From an uncultured Propionibacteriaceae bacterium (lineage in GTDB: Bacteria > Actinomycetota > Actinomycetes > Propionibacteriales > Propionibacteriaceae): a stretch of 53,851 bases of DNA. Positions 1-10,277 of the stretch are shown piece after piece. The DNA lies in NCBI GenBank assembly GCA_964391475.1, contig CAYMMF010000001.1, forward strand, positions 1 through 53,851, read 5' to 3'. A program made the translations under genes and the position numbers. Under the pieces are notes generated by a model that saw only the letters and a list, made by a program, of their open reading frames with translations, ran no database searches and was not told where the DNA came from. How positions within the stretch are numbered: the first letter of the stretch is position 1; each line of letters starts with the position of its first letter.

Positions 1-1
1 C

Positions 2-514
2 CAGGGGGTTCCGCTGGGGGGTAGCGTTCCTCTGCTGGAGGATTACACCGACCCGACCGAGCGTTCCGCTGCAGAGCGGGCATTGGAATACATGGGGTTG
101 AAAGCTGGGACGCCGATGCGCGAAATCCGAATCGACACCGTGTTCTTGGGTTCGTGCACTAATGGCCGGATCGAAGATCTCAGGCTCGCCGCGTCTGTGC
201 TCAAGGGCCGCAAAATTGCTGCGGGTACTCGCATGCTGGTTGTACCGGGTTCTGCCAGGGTGCGTTTGCAGGCCATGGTCGAGGGTCTCGACCGGATCTT
301 CATCGACGCTGGAGCCGAATGGCGCCAGGCGGGTTGTTCCATGTGTCTGGGCATGAACCCTGACCAGTTGGCACCCGGTGAGCGCAGCGCATCCACGTCC
401 AACCGCAACTTCGAAGGCCGTCAAGGCAAGGGCGGGCGCACTCATCTGGTGTCACCCGCTGTTGCGGCTGCCACCGCCGTCCGTGGCACCTTGTCTTCGC
501 CCGCTGACCTGTAG
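2..514 (+). CDS. leuC: 3-isopropylmalate dehydratase large subunit, 5'-truncated by the window edge
   Basis: [22 protein letters not shown] and [12 protein letters not shown] aconitase-family motifs; frame is open from position 2; followed by leuD. Confidence 0.97.
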   Translation, partial: QGVPLGGSVPLLEDYTDPTERSAAERALEYMGLKAGTPMREIRIDTVFLGSCTNGRIEDLRLAASVLKGRKIAAGTRMLVVPGSARVRLQAMVEGLDRIFIDAGAEWRQAGCSMCLGMNPDQLAPGERSASTSNRNFEGRQGKGGRTHLVSPAVAAATAVRGTLSSPADL

Positions 515-534
515 ATCGCCAAGGAGAACCCAAA

Positions 535-1140
535 ATGGAGAAGTTCACCAGCCACACCGGGGTACCCGTGCCTCTGCGGCGCAGCAACGTTGACACCGAC
601 CAGATCATTCCAGCGGTCTACCTAAAGCGAGTGACCCGCACTGGCTTTGAGGACGGGCTGTTTGCCGCGTGGCGCAGGGAACCCGATTTCGTTCTCAACG
701 ACCCGTCCTATGCCAACGGTTCGGTGTTGGTGACCGGCCCGGATTTCGGTACCGGAAGCTCTCGGGAACACGCGGTGTGGGCGCTGATGGACTACGGCTT
801 CAGGGTCGTCATCGGTTCGCGTTTCGGCGACATTTTCCGCAGCAATTCGGGCAAGGCCGGGTTGCTGGTTGCAACGGTGACTCCCGAGGTCGTCGAAGCG
901 CTGTGGGAGTCCATCGAGACGCACCCGGGAGGCACGATGACTGTCGACCTGGAAGCGCGCACGATCACAGCGGGCGGCGAGGAGTATCCGTTCCAGATCG
1001 ATGAGTACACCCGTCACCGATTGCTCAACGGGTTGGACGACATCGGTCTGACAATGCGTCACGAGGACGCGATCGCGGGCTACGAGTCGAGGCGTCCGTC
1101 CCATAAGCCAGCGACGCTCCCGGCGAGGGTCGCCGACTGA
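535..1140 (+). CDS. leuD: 3-isopropylmalate dehydratase small subunit
   Basis: [10 protein letters not shown] and [10 protein letters not shown] motifs; AGGAGA RBS. Confidence 0.97.
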   Translation: MEKFTSHTGVPVPLRRSNVDTDQIIPAVYLKRVTRTGFEDGLFAAWRREPDFVLNDPSYANGSVLVTGPDFGTGSSREHAVWALMDYGFRVVIGSRFGDIFRSNSGKAGLLVATVTPEVVEALWESIETHPGGTMTVDLEARTITAGGEEYPFQIDEYTRHRLLNGLDDIGLTMRHEDAIAGYESRRPSHKPATLPARVAD

Positions 1141-1193
1141 CTCTTCCCCTCGCGCCAAACCGATAAGGTGAACTGCGGGTGAGAGGAGTACAG

Positions 1194-2312
1194 ATGATCC
1201 ACCAGCCGACTCGGACCCGGGTTGCGATAATTTTCGGGGGAACGAGTTCGGAGCACGACGTCTCCTGCCTCACTGCCGGGGGAGTCTCCAGAGCGATCGA
1301 CACCTCCAAATTCGAGGTGGTCGGCATCGGCATCACCCCTAGTGGAACCTGGGTTCAGGTGCCAACCGAAGAGATGCGCGACATGGAGGTCGTGGATCAA
1401 CGGCTACCCAGGCTGACGCAGGATCGACCGCCCGCGGTTCTACTCCCTCGCGACGGTGGGGGACGCATCGCGTCCCTGATCCGCGACCAGGTTACCGATG
1501 TCCGCGATTTCGACGTCGCTTTCACACTGCTTCATGGCCCGTTCGGCGAGGACGGCACAATCCAGGGCATGTTCGAGATGCTGGGCATCCGATATGTGGG
1601 CTCTGGTGTTGCCGCATCGGCGATCGGCATGGACAAAGACCTAATGAAGCGAGCTTTGGCGGGAGCTGGGCTGCCAGTGGGGCCGTGGCTGGCAATCAGC
1701 AGTCTCGATTGGCAACAGCGGCGAGATACGGTTCTCGCCGACGTAGTCGAGTTGGGGTTCCCGGTCTACGTGAAGCCCGCCAGGGGTGGCTCTTCGATGG
1801 GGATCTCAAAGGTCACCAACGTCGAAGGTCTAGTTGAGGCGATTGAGGAAGCCCGACGCTTCGATCCGAAAGTGGTTGTTGAGAAGGGCTTCGTCGGCGT
1901 GCGAGAGATCGAGGTCGCCGTGCTGGGTTCGACGGACGGTTTGCCGCGGGCTTCGCTGCCTGGCGAGATCCGCATGCACACCCCAGACGCCTTCTACGAC
2001 TATTCAGCGAAGTACACCCCTGAGTCGCAGGTGAGTCTCGACATCCCGGCGACCGTGACCGACGACCTTCGTCAGCGTGCCCAGCAGCTTGCGATCCGCA
2101 CGTTTGAGGCGATGGACGCCGAGGGATTAGCACGAGTCGACCTGTTCGCGACCCCCCAGGGCGAGTTGTTCGTAAACGAGCTCAATACGATGCCGGGCTT
2201 CACCAGGCTTTCGATGTACCCGAGCCTGTGGGAGGCAACCGGCATCAGCTACGGCGACCTGATCGCCGAACTTATCTCTTTGGCTTTGCAACGCCCGTTG
2301 GGGCTTCGATGA
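1194..2312 (+). CDS. ddl: D-alanine--D-alanine ligase
   Basis: FGGTSSEHDVS, LHGPFGEDGTIQG, GSSMG, FYDYSAKY (Tyr form, D-Ala-D-Ala type), NELNTMPG; start set at ATG 1194 after GAGGAG. Confidence 0.95.
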   Translation: MIHQPTRTRVAIIFGGTSSEHDVSCLTAGGVSRAIDTSKFEVVGIGITPSGTWVQVPTEEMRDMEVVDQRLPRLTQDRPPAVLLPRDGGGRIASLIRDQVTDVRDFDVAFTLLHGPFGEDGTIQGMFEMLGIRYVGSGVAASAIGMDKDLMKRALAGAGLPVGPWLAISSLDWQQRRDTVLADVVELGFPVYVKPARGGSSMGISKVTNVEGLVEAIEEARRFDPKVVVEKGFVGVREIEVAVLGSTDGLPRASLPGEIRMHTPDAFYDYSAKYTPESQVSLDIPATVTDDLRQRAQQLAIRTFEAMDAEGLARVDLFATPQGELFVNELNTMPGFTRLSMYPSLWEATGISYGDLIAELISLALQRPLGLR

Positions 2313-3256
2313 CCGTCCCGACGATCGGGGAGGTCGGCGAGTTCGGTCTCATAGCCGAGGTGACAAAAGGCTTGGTGACACCTGGCAATGTGACCGTGGG
2401 TGTGGGGGACGACTGCGCGGTCTTTGCGCCTCGCGGGCAGGTGGCGGTCTCAACCGACGCGATGATCGAGGACGTTCACTTCCGTCGAGTGTGGTCCGGG
2501 CCTTCAGACATAGGACGCAAGGCTGTCGCTTCCACCGTCGCGGACGCCGAAGCCATGGGGGCGCGTCCGATAGGGGTAGTGGTAAGCCTGGCCGCACCGG
2601 CTGACACCCCGCTGGAGTGGGCTCGTGAGTTTGCTTCGGGCATCCGCGAGGAGTGTCAGCTTGCTGGCGCTGCGCTCTTGGGAGGCGACACCAGCGCGGG
2701 TGCCTACATCGGAATCGTCACCACAGTGTTCGCAGACCTCGAGGGACGCCCACCCGTGCTCCGATCGGGTGCCCAACCCGGCGATGTCGTCGCGTATATC
2801 GGACGCCTGGGCATGGCGGCCGCCGGGGTCGCAGTTCTCGGCAGGGGATTCCGCTCACCGGGGGCTGTGGTTAGGGCCCACCGGGTTCCGCAACCCCCAT
2901 ACGGGCAAGGCATCGTGGCGTCGCTGGCTGGGGCGTCCGCCATGATCGACTGCTCCGACGGACTACTCGCCGACTTGGGGCATATCGCAAACTCATCGGG
3001 GGTTTCGGTTGACATCGATCCGTCCGCATTTGACGTTCACGAGGCGCAACAGACCGTGGCCGCAGCCATCGGGGGCGGGGATCCACTGTCGTTCATCCTC
3101 ACCGGCGGGGACGACCACGCCCTGATTGCAACTTTCCCTGGCGGCGTCCCGGACGGGTGGACGGTTATCGGACGAGTATCGTCCGACGACGGGGAACACG
3201 TCGTAACCGTGGCTGGCGAAGCCTGGAGCCACCAGACGGGCTGGCGTCACTTCTAG
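2309..3256 (+). CDS. thiL: thiamine-monophosphate kinase
   Basis: GEFGLI, GDDCA, GGDT, DCSDGL, TGGDDHAL, terminal GWRHF; ATGA overlap with the ddl stop. Confidence 0.95.
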   Translation: MTVPTIGEVGEFGLIAEVTKGLVTPGNVTVGVGDDCAVFAPRGQVAVSTDAMIEDVHFRRVWSGPSDIGRKAVASTVADAEAMGARPIGVVVSLAAPADTPLEWAREFASGIREECQLAGAALLGGDTSAGAYIGIVTTVFADLEGRPPVLRSGAQPGDVVAYIGRLGMAAAGVAVLGRGFRSPGAVVRAHRVPQPPYGQGIVASLAGASAMIDCSDGLLADLGHIANSSGVSVDIDPSAFDVHEAQQTVAAAIGGGDPLSFILTGGDDHALIATFPGGVPDGWTVIGRVSSDDGEHVVTVAGEAWSHQTGWRHF

Positions 3257-3308
3257 AACAACGGCGTGGAAACTCGACCAGATCACGCCTCCTTGTTACC
3301 CTGCCGCC

Positions 3309-5735
3309 ATGGCGACCCGCGCGTCTTCCCCCTCGCGGAGCCGAAGTAACGCGTCCGCGCGCAATTCGAGCTCCCGCCAGGCTGGAAGTAAGAAGAGAAG
3401 CACGTCACGCACCCCCGCGAAGAAACCGGGGGGCGGGGCTGCCGCCTTCTTCGGTGCCATCGGACGGGGGATCGCCGCTGTTTGGAACGGCATTGCCCGC
3501 CTGATCGGCGGGATTGTGCGCAGCCTTGGGCGTGGCGTCCAAGATCTCGACCCGGCGGTGCGCAGGGACGGTGTGGGGCTCGCCCTGATCGGGTTGGGCA
3601 TCGTGATCGCCGCTGCGTTCTGGTTTATGATCCCCGGCGGATTCGGCGAGGGGCTGCGTATCGGATTCTCGACCATTTTCGGGTCGTTGTCGATCGTCCT
3701 TCCGTTAGCCACGTTCGGGATGGCGTGGCGCACGATGCGCGATCCGCAAGCGAACGGGCCAGCCGGACGACAGGTTGTCGGCTGGTCTGCGCTGCTGCTG
3801 GGCGTGCTCGGGTTGATTAACATCTCCAAAGATCTGCCTGGGCCGAATCATCCGGATCAGATGCGCGCGGCTGGCGGCGTCCTCGGGTACATCTCTTCCA
3901 GCATGTTGGCGGATCTCGTCACGGTTTGGGTCGCGACCCCGCTGCTCGTCCTGCTGATGGTTTTCGGGATTCTTGTCATCACGGGCATCCCGATCGCCGA
4001 GATTCCGCGTCGAATCCACAGTGTTTCGAAGGCCATTGCGGCTGCCCGTCCTAAGCGCGAACTTGAGTATGGCACCGCCGAGCAGGCCTACGACACGCCG
4101 TTGGTGGCGGCTCCCGAGTTGGTTGCTGGCGAGGTGGTCGAAGCCGAGCCCGAGGATGTTTCGCTCGACGAAGTGGACGCCAAGGGCGCCGCGCAAAAAC
4201 CGGTCGTATTGCTGCCAGCTCCGGATCACACGGTCGAACCAGTGCGCGGAGAGCAACTCATGCTTTCAGGCGACCTTCAGTACCTGCTGCCGGACGCGTC
4301 CCTGCTCCGCAAGGGTACCTCGCCGAAGGCGCGCACGGCTGCGTCAGACGATGTCGTTGGGCGGCTAGCCGAGGTGTTCAATCAGTTCGACATTGATGCC
4401 CAGGTGACCGGGTACACCAGGGGTCCGACGGTAACTCGCTATGAGGTTGAGCTCGGAACCGGTGTCAAGGTTGAGAAGGTCACTGCTTTGGGTCGCAACA
4501 TCGCCTACGCTGTCGCGTCCGCAGAGGTGAGGATTCTCAGCCCGATCCCGGGCAAGTCTGCGATCGGCGTTGAGATCCCGAACGCAGACAAAGAGATCGT
4601 CTCGTTGGGGGACGTCCTGAGATCCCCTGTCGCCCGGAACGATCACCATCCCATGACCATGGGTCTGGGCAAAGATGTCGAGGGCGAGTTCGTTCTCGCG
4701 AACATGTCCAAGATGCCGCATTTGCTTGTCGCTGGGGCGACAGGTTCGGGCAAGTCCAGTTTCATCAACTCGATGATCACGTCGATCATGATGAGGTCAA
4801 CTCCCGACGAGGTGCGGATGCTGCTCATCGACCCCAAGCGGGTGGAGTTGACTCACTACGAGGGCATCCCTCACCTGGTTACTCCCATCATCACCAACCC
4901 GAAGAAGGCTGCCGAGGCGTTGCAGTGGGTTTGCCGCGAGATGGACGCCCGCTACGACGATCTCGCCGCTTTCGGGTTTAGGCACGTCAACGACTTCAAC
5001 AAGGCAGTTTCAGCTGGCGAGGTGCGCCTGCCACCAGGTTCGGAACGGGTGCTCGCACCGTACCCATTCCTGCTGGTCGTGGTCGACGAGTTGGCTGACC
5101 TGATGATGGTGGCGCCGCGGGACGTCGAAGACTCGATCGTCCGCATCACCCAGCTCGCCCGAGCCGCGGGCATTCACCTCGTCTTGGCCACCCAGCGGCC
5201 GTCCACCGACGTGGTCACGGGGTTGATCAAGGCGAACGTCCCCAGCCGACTAGCGTTCGCGACCAGCTCAATGACCGACAGCCGGGTGATCCTCGACCAG
5301 CCGGGCGCTGAGAAGCTGGTTGGGCAAGGGGACGGACTGTTCCTGCCGGTTGGCGCTGGCAAACCAATCCGGGTGCAGGGTTCCTGGGTAACCGAGGCCG
5401 AGATCCGCACGGTTGCGCGTCACATCACCGAACAGATGGCCCCGCAGTACCGAGAGGACGTCGCCACCGTTGCCGAATCAGTCAAGGTCGCTGAAGACAT
5501 CGGCGACGACCTTGAGCTCGTTCTGGAGGCTGCGTCACTGGTCGTGAATCTGCAGTTGGGGTCAACCTCGATGCTTCAGCGGAAGCTGCGGGTTGGGTTC
5601 GCCAAAGCCGGTCGCCTGATGGACATCCTGGAGACTCGTGGCGTGGTCGGCCCGTCCGAGGGCAGCAAGCCGCGTGAGGTTCTGGTCAAGCCCGACGACT
5701 TGGACGATGTCCTTACCAGCCTTCGCCAGGGGTGA
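3309..5735 (+). CDS. ftsK: DNA translocase FtsK
   Basis: N-terminal TM segments, Walker A GATGSGKS, VVDELADLMM, ATQRPS, C-terminal gamma domain (STSMLQRKLRVGFAKAGR); TACCCT -10 six nt before ATG (leaderless-type). Confidence 0.97.
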   Translation: MATRASSPSRSRSNASARNSSSRQAGSKKRSTSRTPAKKPGGGAAAFFGAIGRGIAAVWNGIARLIGGIVRSLGRGVQDLDPAVRRDGVGLALIGLGIVIAAAFWFMIPGGFGEGLRIGFSTIFGSLSIVLPLATFGMAWRTMRDPQANGPAGRQVVGWSALLLGVLGLINISKDLPGPNHPDQMRAAGGVLGYISSSMLADLVTVWVATPLLVLLMVFGILVITGIPIAEIPRRIHSVSKAIAAARPKRELEYGTAEQAYDTPLVAAPELVAGEVVEAEPEDVSLDEVDAKGAAQKPVVLLPAPDHTVEPVRGEQLMLSGDLQYLLPDASLLRKGTSPKARTAASDDVVGRLAEVFNQFDIDAQVTGYTRGPTVTRYEVELGTGVKVEKVTALGRNIAYAVASAEVRILSPIPGKSAIGVEIPNADKEIVSLGDVLRSPVARNDHHPMTMGLGKDVEGEFVLANMSKMPHLLVAGATGSGKSSFINSMITSIMMRSTPDEVRMLLIDPKRVELTHYEGIPHLVTPIITNPKKAAEALQWVCREMDARYDDLAAFGFRHVNDFNKAVSAGEVRLPPGSERVLAPYPFLLVVVDELADLMMVAPRDVEDSIVRITQLARAAGIHLVLATQRPSTDVVTGLIKANVPSRLAFATSSMTDSRVILDQPGAEKLVGQGDGLFLPVGAGKPIRVQGSWVTEAEIRTVARHITEQMAPQYREDVATVAESVKVAEDIGDDLELVLEAASLVVNLQLGSTSMLQRKLRVGFAKAGRLMDILETRGVVGPSEGSKPREVLVKPDDLDDVLTSLRQG

Positions 5736-5747
5736 ACCAAGCCGTAG

Positions 5748-6962
5748 TCAGCGCATGGTCTCCAGGAAGTCGGATATGCGTCCGATTGCTTCGGTGAGCA
5801 CCTCCACGTCCGGCAGTGTCACCAATCGGAAGTGATCTGGGGCGACCCAGTTGAAGCCCGTGCCGTGTGTTACCAGCAACTTCTTTGCTCGCAACAGATC
5901 CACCACGAATGCCTCGTCGTCCTGGATCGGGTACACCTCGGGGTCGAGGCGGGGGAACACGTACAGCGCGCCCTGGGGTTCAACACAACTGACGCCGGGG
6001 ATCTCGTTGAGCAACTGCCACGCGGTTTTGCTCTGCTCGTAGAAACGGCCACCGGGGACGATCAGTTCGGTGATGCTCTGGTAGCCACCCAACGCCGTCT
6101 GGATCGCGTGTTGAGCAGGCACGTTGGCGCACATTCGCATGTTCGCCAACAAGGTGATTCCCTCGAGAAAGTCCCGTGCAAGGTGCTTGGGGCCGGTGAC
6201 GATGAACCATCCGGAGCGGTACCCGCACACCCGGTAGGCCTTCGATAGCCCCGAGAACGTCAGGCAAAGCACGTCGTCGCCGGCGTACGTCGCGGCGTGG
6301 TGATGGACGGCGTCGTCGAACAGGATCTTCTCGTAAATCTCATCAGACAGCAGCACTAAGTGGTGACGCCTGGCGATGTCGACGAGCCCCTTCACTGTTT
6401 CTGCGGAGTAGACCGCCCCGGTTGGGTTGTTCGGGTTGATCATGACGAGCGCGCGCGTCCGGTCGGTGATCTTTGATTCGATGTCGGCTAGATCTGGATT
6501 CCAGCCGTCCGATTCGTCGCACACATAGTGGACGGGGATTCCGCCGGTCAGGCTGACCGCCCCGGTCCACAGCGGGTAATCGGGTGCCGGAACAAGGACT
6601 TCGTCGTCGTCGTTCACCAATGCTTGCAGCACCAATGTGATCAGTTCGCTCACGCCGTTTCCGATGAAGACGTCGTCGACGTCCACATCTTTCAACCCAT
6701 GACTTTGGTAGTAGTTCATGATCGCGGTGCGGGCAGAGTAGATGCCACGCGAGTCGGAGTACCCCTGGGATTCCGACATGTTGTGAACCATGGACGCCAC
6801 GATCGACTCAGGTGCCTCGAAACCGAATGGTGCTGGGTTGCCAATGTTCAACTTGAGAACCTTGTGCCCCTCAGCCTCGAGCCGCTGGGCTTCTACCAGG
6901 ATTGGGCCACGGACGTCGTAGCGGACGTTGCGGAGTTTGTCGCTTTGGGTGATCGGACGCAT
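5748..6962 (-). CDS. alaA: PLP-dependent class I/II aminotransferase (AlaA/AspC-like alanine transaminase)
   Basis: YDVRGP, LNIGNP, INPNNPTG, DEIY, SKAYRVCGYRSGW; start set at ATG 6962. Confidence 0.85.
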   Translation of the reverse strand: MRPITQSDKLRNVRYDVRGPILVEAQRLEAEGHKVLKLNIGNPAPFGFEAPESIVASMVHNMSESQGYSDSRGIYSARTAIMNYYQSHGLKDVDVDDVFIGNGVSELITLVLQALVNDDDEVLVPAPDYPLWTGAVSLTGGIPVHYVCDESDGWNPDLADIESKITDRTRALVMINPNNPTGAVYSAETVKGLVDIARRHHLVLLSDEIYEKILFDDAVHHHAATYAGDDVLCLTFSGLSKAYRVCGYRSGWFIVTGPKHLARDFLEGITLLANMRMCANVPAQHAIQTALGGYQSITELIVPGGRFYEQSKTAWQLLNEIPGVSCVEPQGALYVFPRLDPEVYPIQDDEAFVVDLLRAKKLLVTHGTGFNWVAPDHFRLVTLPDVEVLTEAIGRISDFLETMR

Positions 6963-7037
6963 GTCTGCAATTCTGGCACGTCCCGCAAGCGGTAATCCGC
7001 AGCGTCGATTTTCGTTGGTCTGCGTTACCCTGACGAG

Positions 7038-8447
7038 GTGATCTCGACTCCGACGACAGTGCACATCGTTTCCTTGGGTTGTGCACGCAATGACGTGGAC
7101 AGTTCGGAGCTTGCTGGACGCCTGGAGGCTGGCGGTTTCGTGTTGGTTTCCGACCCAGAAAAGGCAGAGGCTGTGGTGGTTAACACCTGCGGCTTCATCA
7201 CCTCAGCCAAGAAAGATTCGATAGACACTTTACTGGCCGCAGCTGACTTGAAGGACGGCGGTGTCACTCGCCGAGTTGTGGCGGTGGGATGTTTGGCAGA
7301 GAGGTACGGGCGCGAGCTGGCCGATGAGCTTCCGGAGGCGGACGCGGTGCTCGGCTTCGACGACTACGCCGACATCGATACCAAGTTGCGACGCATCCTC
7401 GACGGTGAACATCTGCAGCCTCACGTCCCATTCGACAGGAGACGCCTGCTGCCGCTGGCACCGGTTGCTAGACAGGCGGCGGCTGCTCATATCGTCATCC
7501 CCGGGATGGGGCCAGCATCTGGTCCGCGGCTGGCGCGGCGGTTGGACGGGGCTCCAAGCGCCCCATTGAAGATCGCTTCAGGGTGCGACCGGCGGTGTGC
7601 CTTCTGTGCGATTCCAAGCTTTCGTGGGTCCTTCGTCTCACGTCCGATTCACGAGGTGGTTGAAGAGGCGAGATGGCTTGCAAGCCAGGGGGTAAAAGAG
7701 GTCTACCTGGTCAGCGAGAACAGTTCCTCCTACGGGAAGGACCTCGGTGAGTTAGCCGCACTCGAACGACTGCTGGGATTGCTGGACGCAATCGATGAGA
7801 TCGAATGGATCAGGGTGAGTTACCTCCAGCCGGCCGAGATGCGTCCAGGTCTGATTGAGTCCATGGTTTCTTTGTCGAAGGTGGTGCCCTACTTCGACTT
7901 GTCGTTCCAGCACGCTTCACCGAGCGTCCTGCGACGAATGCGACGTTTCGGTGATCCAGACTCGTTCCTGGCATTGTTGGATTCGATCCGCGCCATAGCT
8001 CCCAACGCCGGTATCCGCAGCAATGTGATCGTTGGGTTTCCCGGCGAGTCTGATTCCGACCTCACCTTGCTTGAAGACTTCGTGTCAGAGGCCAGGCTGG
8101 ATGCGTTGGGGGTTTTCGCGTACTCCGATGAGGAGGGTACCGAAGCTGTTGGGCTGGCCGACCACGTGTCTGCCGAAGAGATCGAAGATCGGTTCGATCG
8201 GCTCTCTGCTCTCGCTTTGGAACTGACCGAACAGCGTGCTGAGGAGCGGATCGGGGAGCGAGTCCAAGTTCTGATCGAGAGCAGGGACGCCGGATTCGCG
8301 GTCGGCAGGTCAGCACACCAGGGGCCTGAGGTCGACGGAATCACGAGCCTGGATGATCCTGGCGCTCGTTTGGAGCCTGGAACAATGGTGTGGGCTAATG
8401 TCATGTCAAGCGACGGCGTCGACTTGCTTGCGCGTGAGGACGGGTGA
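7038..8447 (+). CDS. rimO: ribosomal protein S12 methylthiotransferase
   Basis: [17 protein letters not shown], radical-SAM CDRRCAFC, C-terminal TRAM region with PEVDG. Confidence 0.95.
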   Translation: MISTPTTVHIVSLGCARNDVDSSELAGRLEAGGFVLVSDPEKAEAVVVNTCGFITSAKKDSIDTLLAAADLKDGGVTRRVVAVGCLAERYGRELADELPEADAVLGFDDYADIDTKLRRILDGEHLQPHVPFDRRRLLPLAPVARQAAAAHIVIPGMGPASGPRLARRLDGAPSAPLKIASGCDRRCAFCAIPSFRGSFVSRPIHEVVEEARWLASQGVKEVYLVSENSSSYGKDLGELAALERLLGLLDAIDEIEWIRVSYLQPAEMRPGLIESMVSLSKVVPYFDLSFQHASPSVLRRMRRFGDPDSFLALLDSIRAIAPNAGIRSNVIVGFPGESDSDLTLLEDFVSEARLDALGVFAYSDEEGTEAVGLADHVSAEEIEDRFDRLSALALELTEQRAEERIGERVQVLIESRDAGFAVGRSAHQGPEVDGITSLDDPGARLEPGTMVWANVMSSDGVDLLAREDG

Positions 8448-8448
8448 A

Positions 8449-9039
8449 ATGTCAACGAGTAACGAAGCGGCTGCACCGAGCAACTGGAACCTTCCCAACG
8501 CGCTAACCACGCTTCGGATGGTGGCAGTCCCGATATTCGCCTGGGTCCTGTTGGCGTATCCGGCAGACCAAACGATGCGCTGGTGGGCCACTGTCATTTT
8601 CGTTCTGGCGATCGCGACCGACGCCCTGGACGGAAGGATCGCCCGAGCCCGAAATCTGGTGACCAACTTCGGAAAATTATGGGATCCGATCGCTGACAAG
8701 GCACTTACTGGAATGGCGTTCATCGGCCTTTCGATTCTCAGCGAATTGCCGTGGTGGATCACAATTTTGATCTTGGTCCGTGAGTGGGGTATCACCGTAC
8801 TTCGGTGGGCGATCATCAAATACGGGGTGATGGCCGCCAACCGCGGCGGCAAGTTGAAGACTGTTACCCAGTCTGTCGCTTTGATCATGTTCCTGCCGGG
8901 GTTGCAGTTCATGCCCACTTGGTGGGACGTGACCGCGTGGGCCTTCATGGTGCTCGCGTTCGTTTTGACGATACTCACCGGTCTCGACTATCTGCGTGAG
9001 GCAGCCCGGCTGCGCGCTCGGTATCTGGCAAATCAGTAG
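8449..9039 (+). CDS. pgsA: CDP-diacylglycerol--glycerol-3-phosphate 3-phosphatidyltransferase
   Basis: NLPNALT and TDALDGRIAR..FGKLWDPIADK CDP-alcohol phosphotransferase motif; rimO-pgsA-cinA synteny. Confidence 0.93.
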   Translation: MSTSNEAAAPSNWNLPNALTTLRMVAVPIFAWVLLAYPADQTMRWWATVIFVLAIATDALDGRIARARNLVTNFGKLWDPIADKALTGMAFIGLSILSELPWWITILILVREWGITVLRWAIIKYGVMAANRGGKLKTVTQSVALIMFLPGLQFMPTWWDVTAWAFMVLAFVLTILTGLDYLREAARLRARYLANQ

Positions 9040-9047
9040 GAGACGAC

Positions 9048-9539
9048 ATGGACGCCAAAGCTGCACTGCTTGCCCGGACGCTCACGGAGCGTTCTTTTAC
9101 CTTGGCGACGGCTGAGTCCCTGACTGGCGGGGAACTTGGGGCGACGATCACCTCGATTCCCGGCGCGTCCAAGTTCTATCTCGGTGGGGTTGTGGCGTAC
9201 GACACCGCCATGAAGCCTGCCCTGCTCGACGTCCCGAAGGCGTTGATCGCAGAGTACACCGTAGTCAGCGCTGAGATCGCGGAGGCGATGGCGCTGGGTA
9301 TCCAGAAGCGGACGAGAGCCGACTGGGTTGTGGCTGTCACTGGCGTGGCGGGCCCAGACCCTCAAGAAGGTCACGACCCAGGTGAGGTTTGGATCTGTGT
9401 GCTCGGGCCGAAGATCGCGTCTTTTGCGCAGTTCAACCAGATTCAACAGTTCCAATTCTTAGGAGACCGAGCTGCTGTACGTTCTCAAACCATCCAGGCG
9501 TCCTTCGAGATGCTGCTGCGGGTGATTTCTCCGGTCTGA
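9048..9539 (+). CDS. cinA: CinA C-terminal domain protein (NMN deamidase, PncC-like)
   Basis: ATAESLTGG and TGVAGP motifs; lacks the N-terminal CinA domain. Confidence 0.9.
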   Translation: MDAKAALLARTLTERSFTLATAESLTGGELGATITSIPGASKFYLGGVVAYDTAMKPALLDVPKALIAEYTVVSAEIAEAMALGIQKRTRADWVVAVTGVAGPDPQEGHDPGEVWICVLGPKIASFAQFNQIQQFQFLGDRAAVRSQTIQASFEMLLRVISPV

Positions 9540-9551
9540 CCCAACTCGACT

Positions 9552-9567
9552 TTTCGACAACAGCGAG
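9552..9567. promoter_or_regulatory. possible ClgR autoregulatory site
   Basis: TTTCGA-CAACA-GCGAG has one core mismatch to CGC-N5-GCG and lies about 50 bp upstream of the predicted clgR start site (-10 TAGAAT at 9598-9603). Confidence 0.35.
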
Positions 9568-9623
9568 TGGCGTCGAATTCTCAGCTTGAGTTGCCGGTAG
9601 AATCCCACCTAGGAGGTTAACAG

Positions 9624-9905
9624 GTGGCCGTACTTATGCGAGAGATGGTTGGCGAGACGCTTCGCCAGCAAAGACTGTCGTTTGGTCTGACTTTGCGCGA
9701 TGTAAGTTCGGCGGCGCGTGTGAGCCTCGGCTACTTGTCTGAGGTGGAGCGCGGTCAAAAAGAGGCCTCCAGCGAGCTACTCAACGCGATCTGCGGAGCT
9801 TTGGAGATGCCCTTGGCTGATCTGCTAAGGCTCGTTGCCGAGCGTGCAGAGGCCGCAGGTGCTGTTGTTGACTTCCCGGTTCCCAATACGCGCATTGCTG
9901 CCTAA
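9624..9905 (+). CDS. clgR: XRE-family HTH regulator ClgR
   Basis: [31 protein letters not shown] signature; position after cinA; AGGAGG RBS. Confidence 0.88.
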   Translation: MAVLMREMVGETLRQQRLSFGLTLRDVSSAARVSLGYLSEVERGQKEASSELLNAICGALEMPLADLLRLVAERAEAAGAVVDFPVPNTRIAA

Positions 9906-10099
9906 TGCGGGAGACCGAATTCTGGCGCCGCTTGACTGGCTTGGCTGCGGTTACCAACCCCCGATTGTGGGCTGACACTGCTGTTTTGTCATCGCTCGAT
10001 GGACGAACCCCCGTTGAGGCGCTGAGAGATGGGGTGGCATGCGTGAAAGTGTGGCGCTGCGTCTGCGACTATCTGGAGGTTCCAGCTTCCCTAAGATAG
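9905..10099 (+). CDS. DUF3046-like small protein
   Basis: MRETEFW...LDGRTPVEALRDG...VW pattern; usual position upstream of recA; TAATG coupling to clgR. Confidence 0.8.
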   Translation: MRETEFWRRLTGLAAVTNPRLWADTAVLSSLDGRTPVEALRDGVACVKVWRCVCDYLEVPASLR

Positions 10100-10121
10100 C
10101 TCCCGGCGTGTCGCCCTTTGT

Positions 10122-10137
10122 TCGAACATGTGTTCGG
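10122..10137. promoter_or_regulatory. LexA (SOS) box of recA
   Basis: TCGAAC-ATGT-GTTCGG against the actinobacterial consensus TCGAAC-N4-GTTCGA; abuts -10 TAGTCT (10138-10143). Confidence 0.9.
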
Positions 10138-10170
10138 TAGTCTGTGATTGAGAGCAGGTCCTACGGCTGG

Positions 10171-10179
10171 TTATCCACA
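10171..10179 (+). promoter_or_regulatory. perfect DnaA box in the recA leader
   Basis: TTATCCACA exact consensus. Confidence 0.6.
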
Positions 10180-10200
10180 GACGCGTAGGCGGGTGACAGT

Positions 10201-10223
10201 TTGTCAGTGCTGACTCCTATCGT
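10201..10223 (+). promoter_or_regulatory. RecA-NDp / PafBC-dependent DNA-damage promoter of recA
   Basis: TTGTCAGTG-CTGACTCC-TATCGT matches tTGTCRGTG-N8-TANNNT. Confidence 0.88.
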
Positions 10224-10277
10224 GATGGTGTCAGACTGAATCGGGTGCGGGTAATCCCGCAACAGGAAGGAACGAGC

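Noticed and set aside
9585-9605. CTTGAGT half of an HspR HAIR motif upstream of clgR
   Set aside because: The second half-site ACTCAAG is absent
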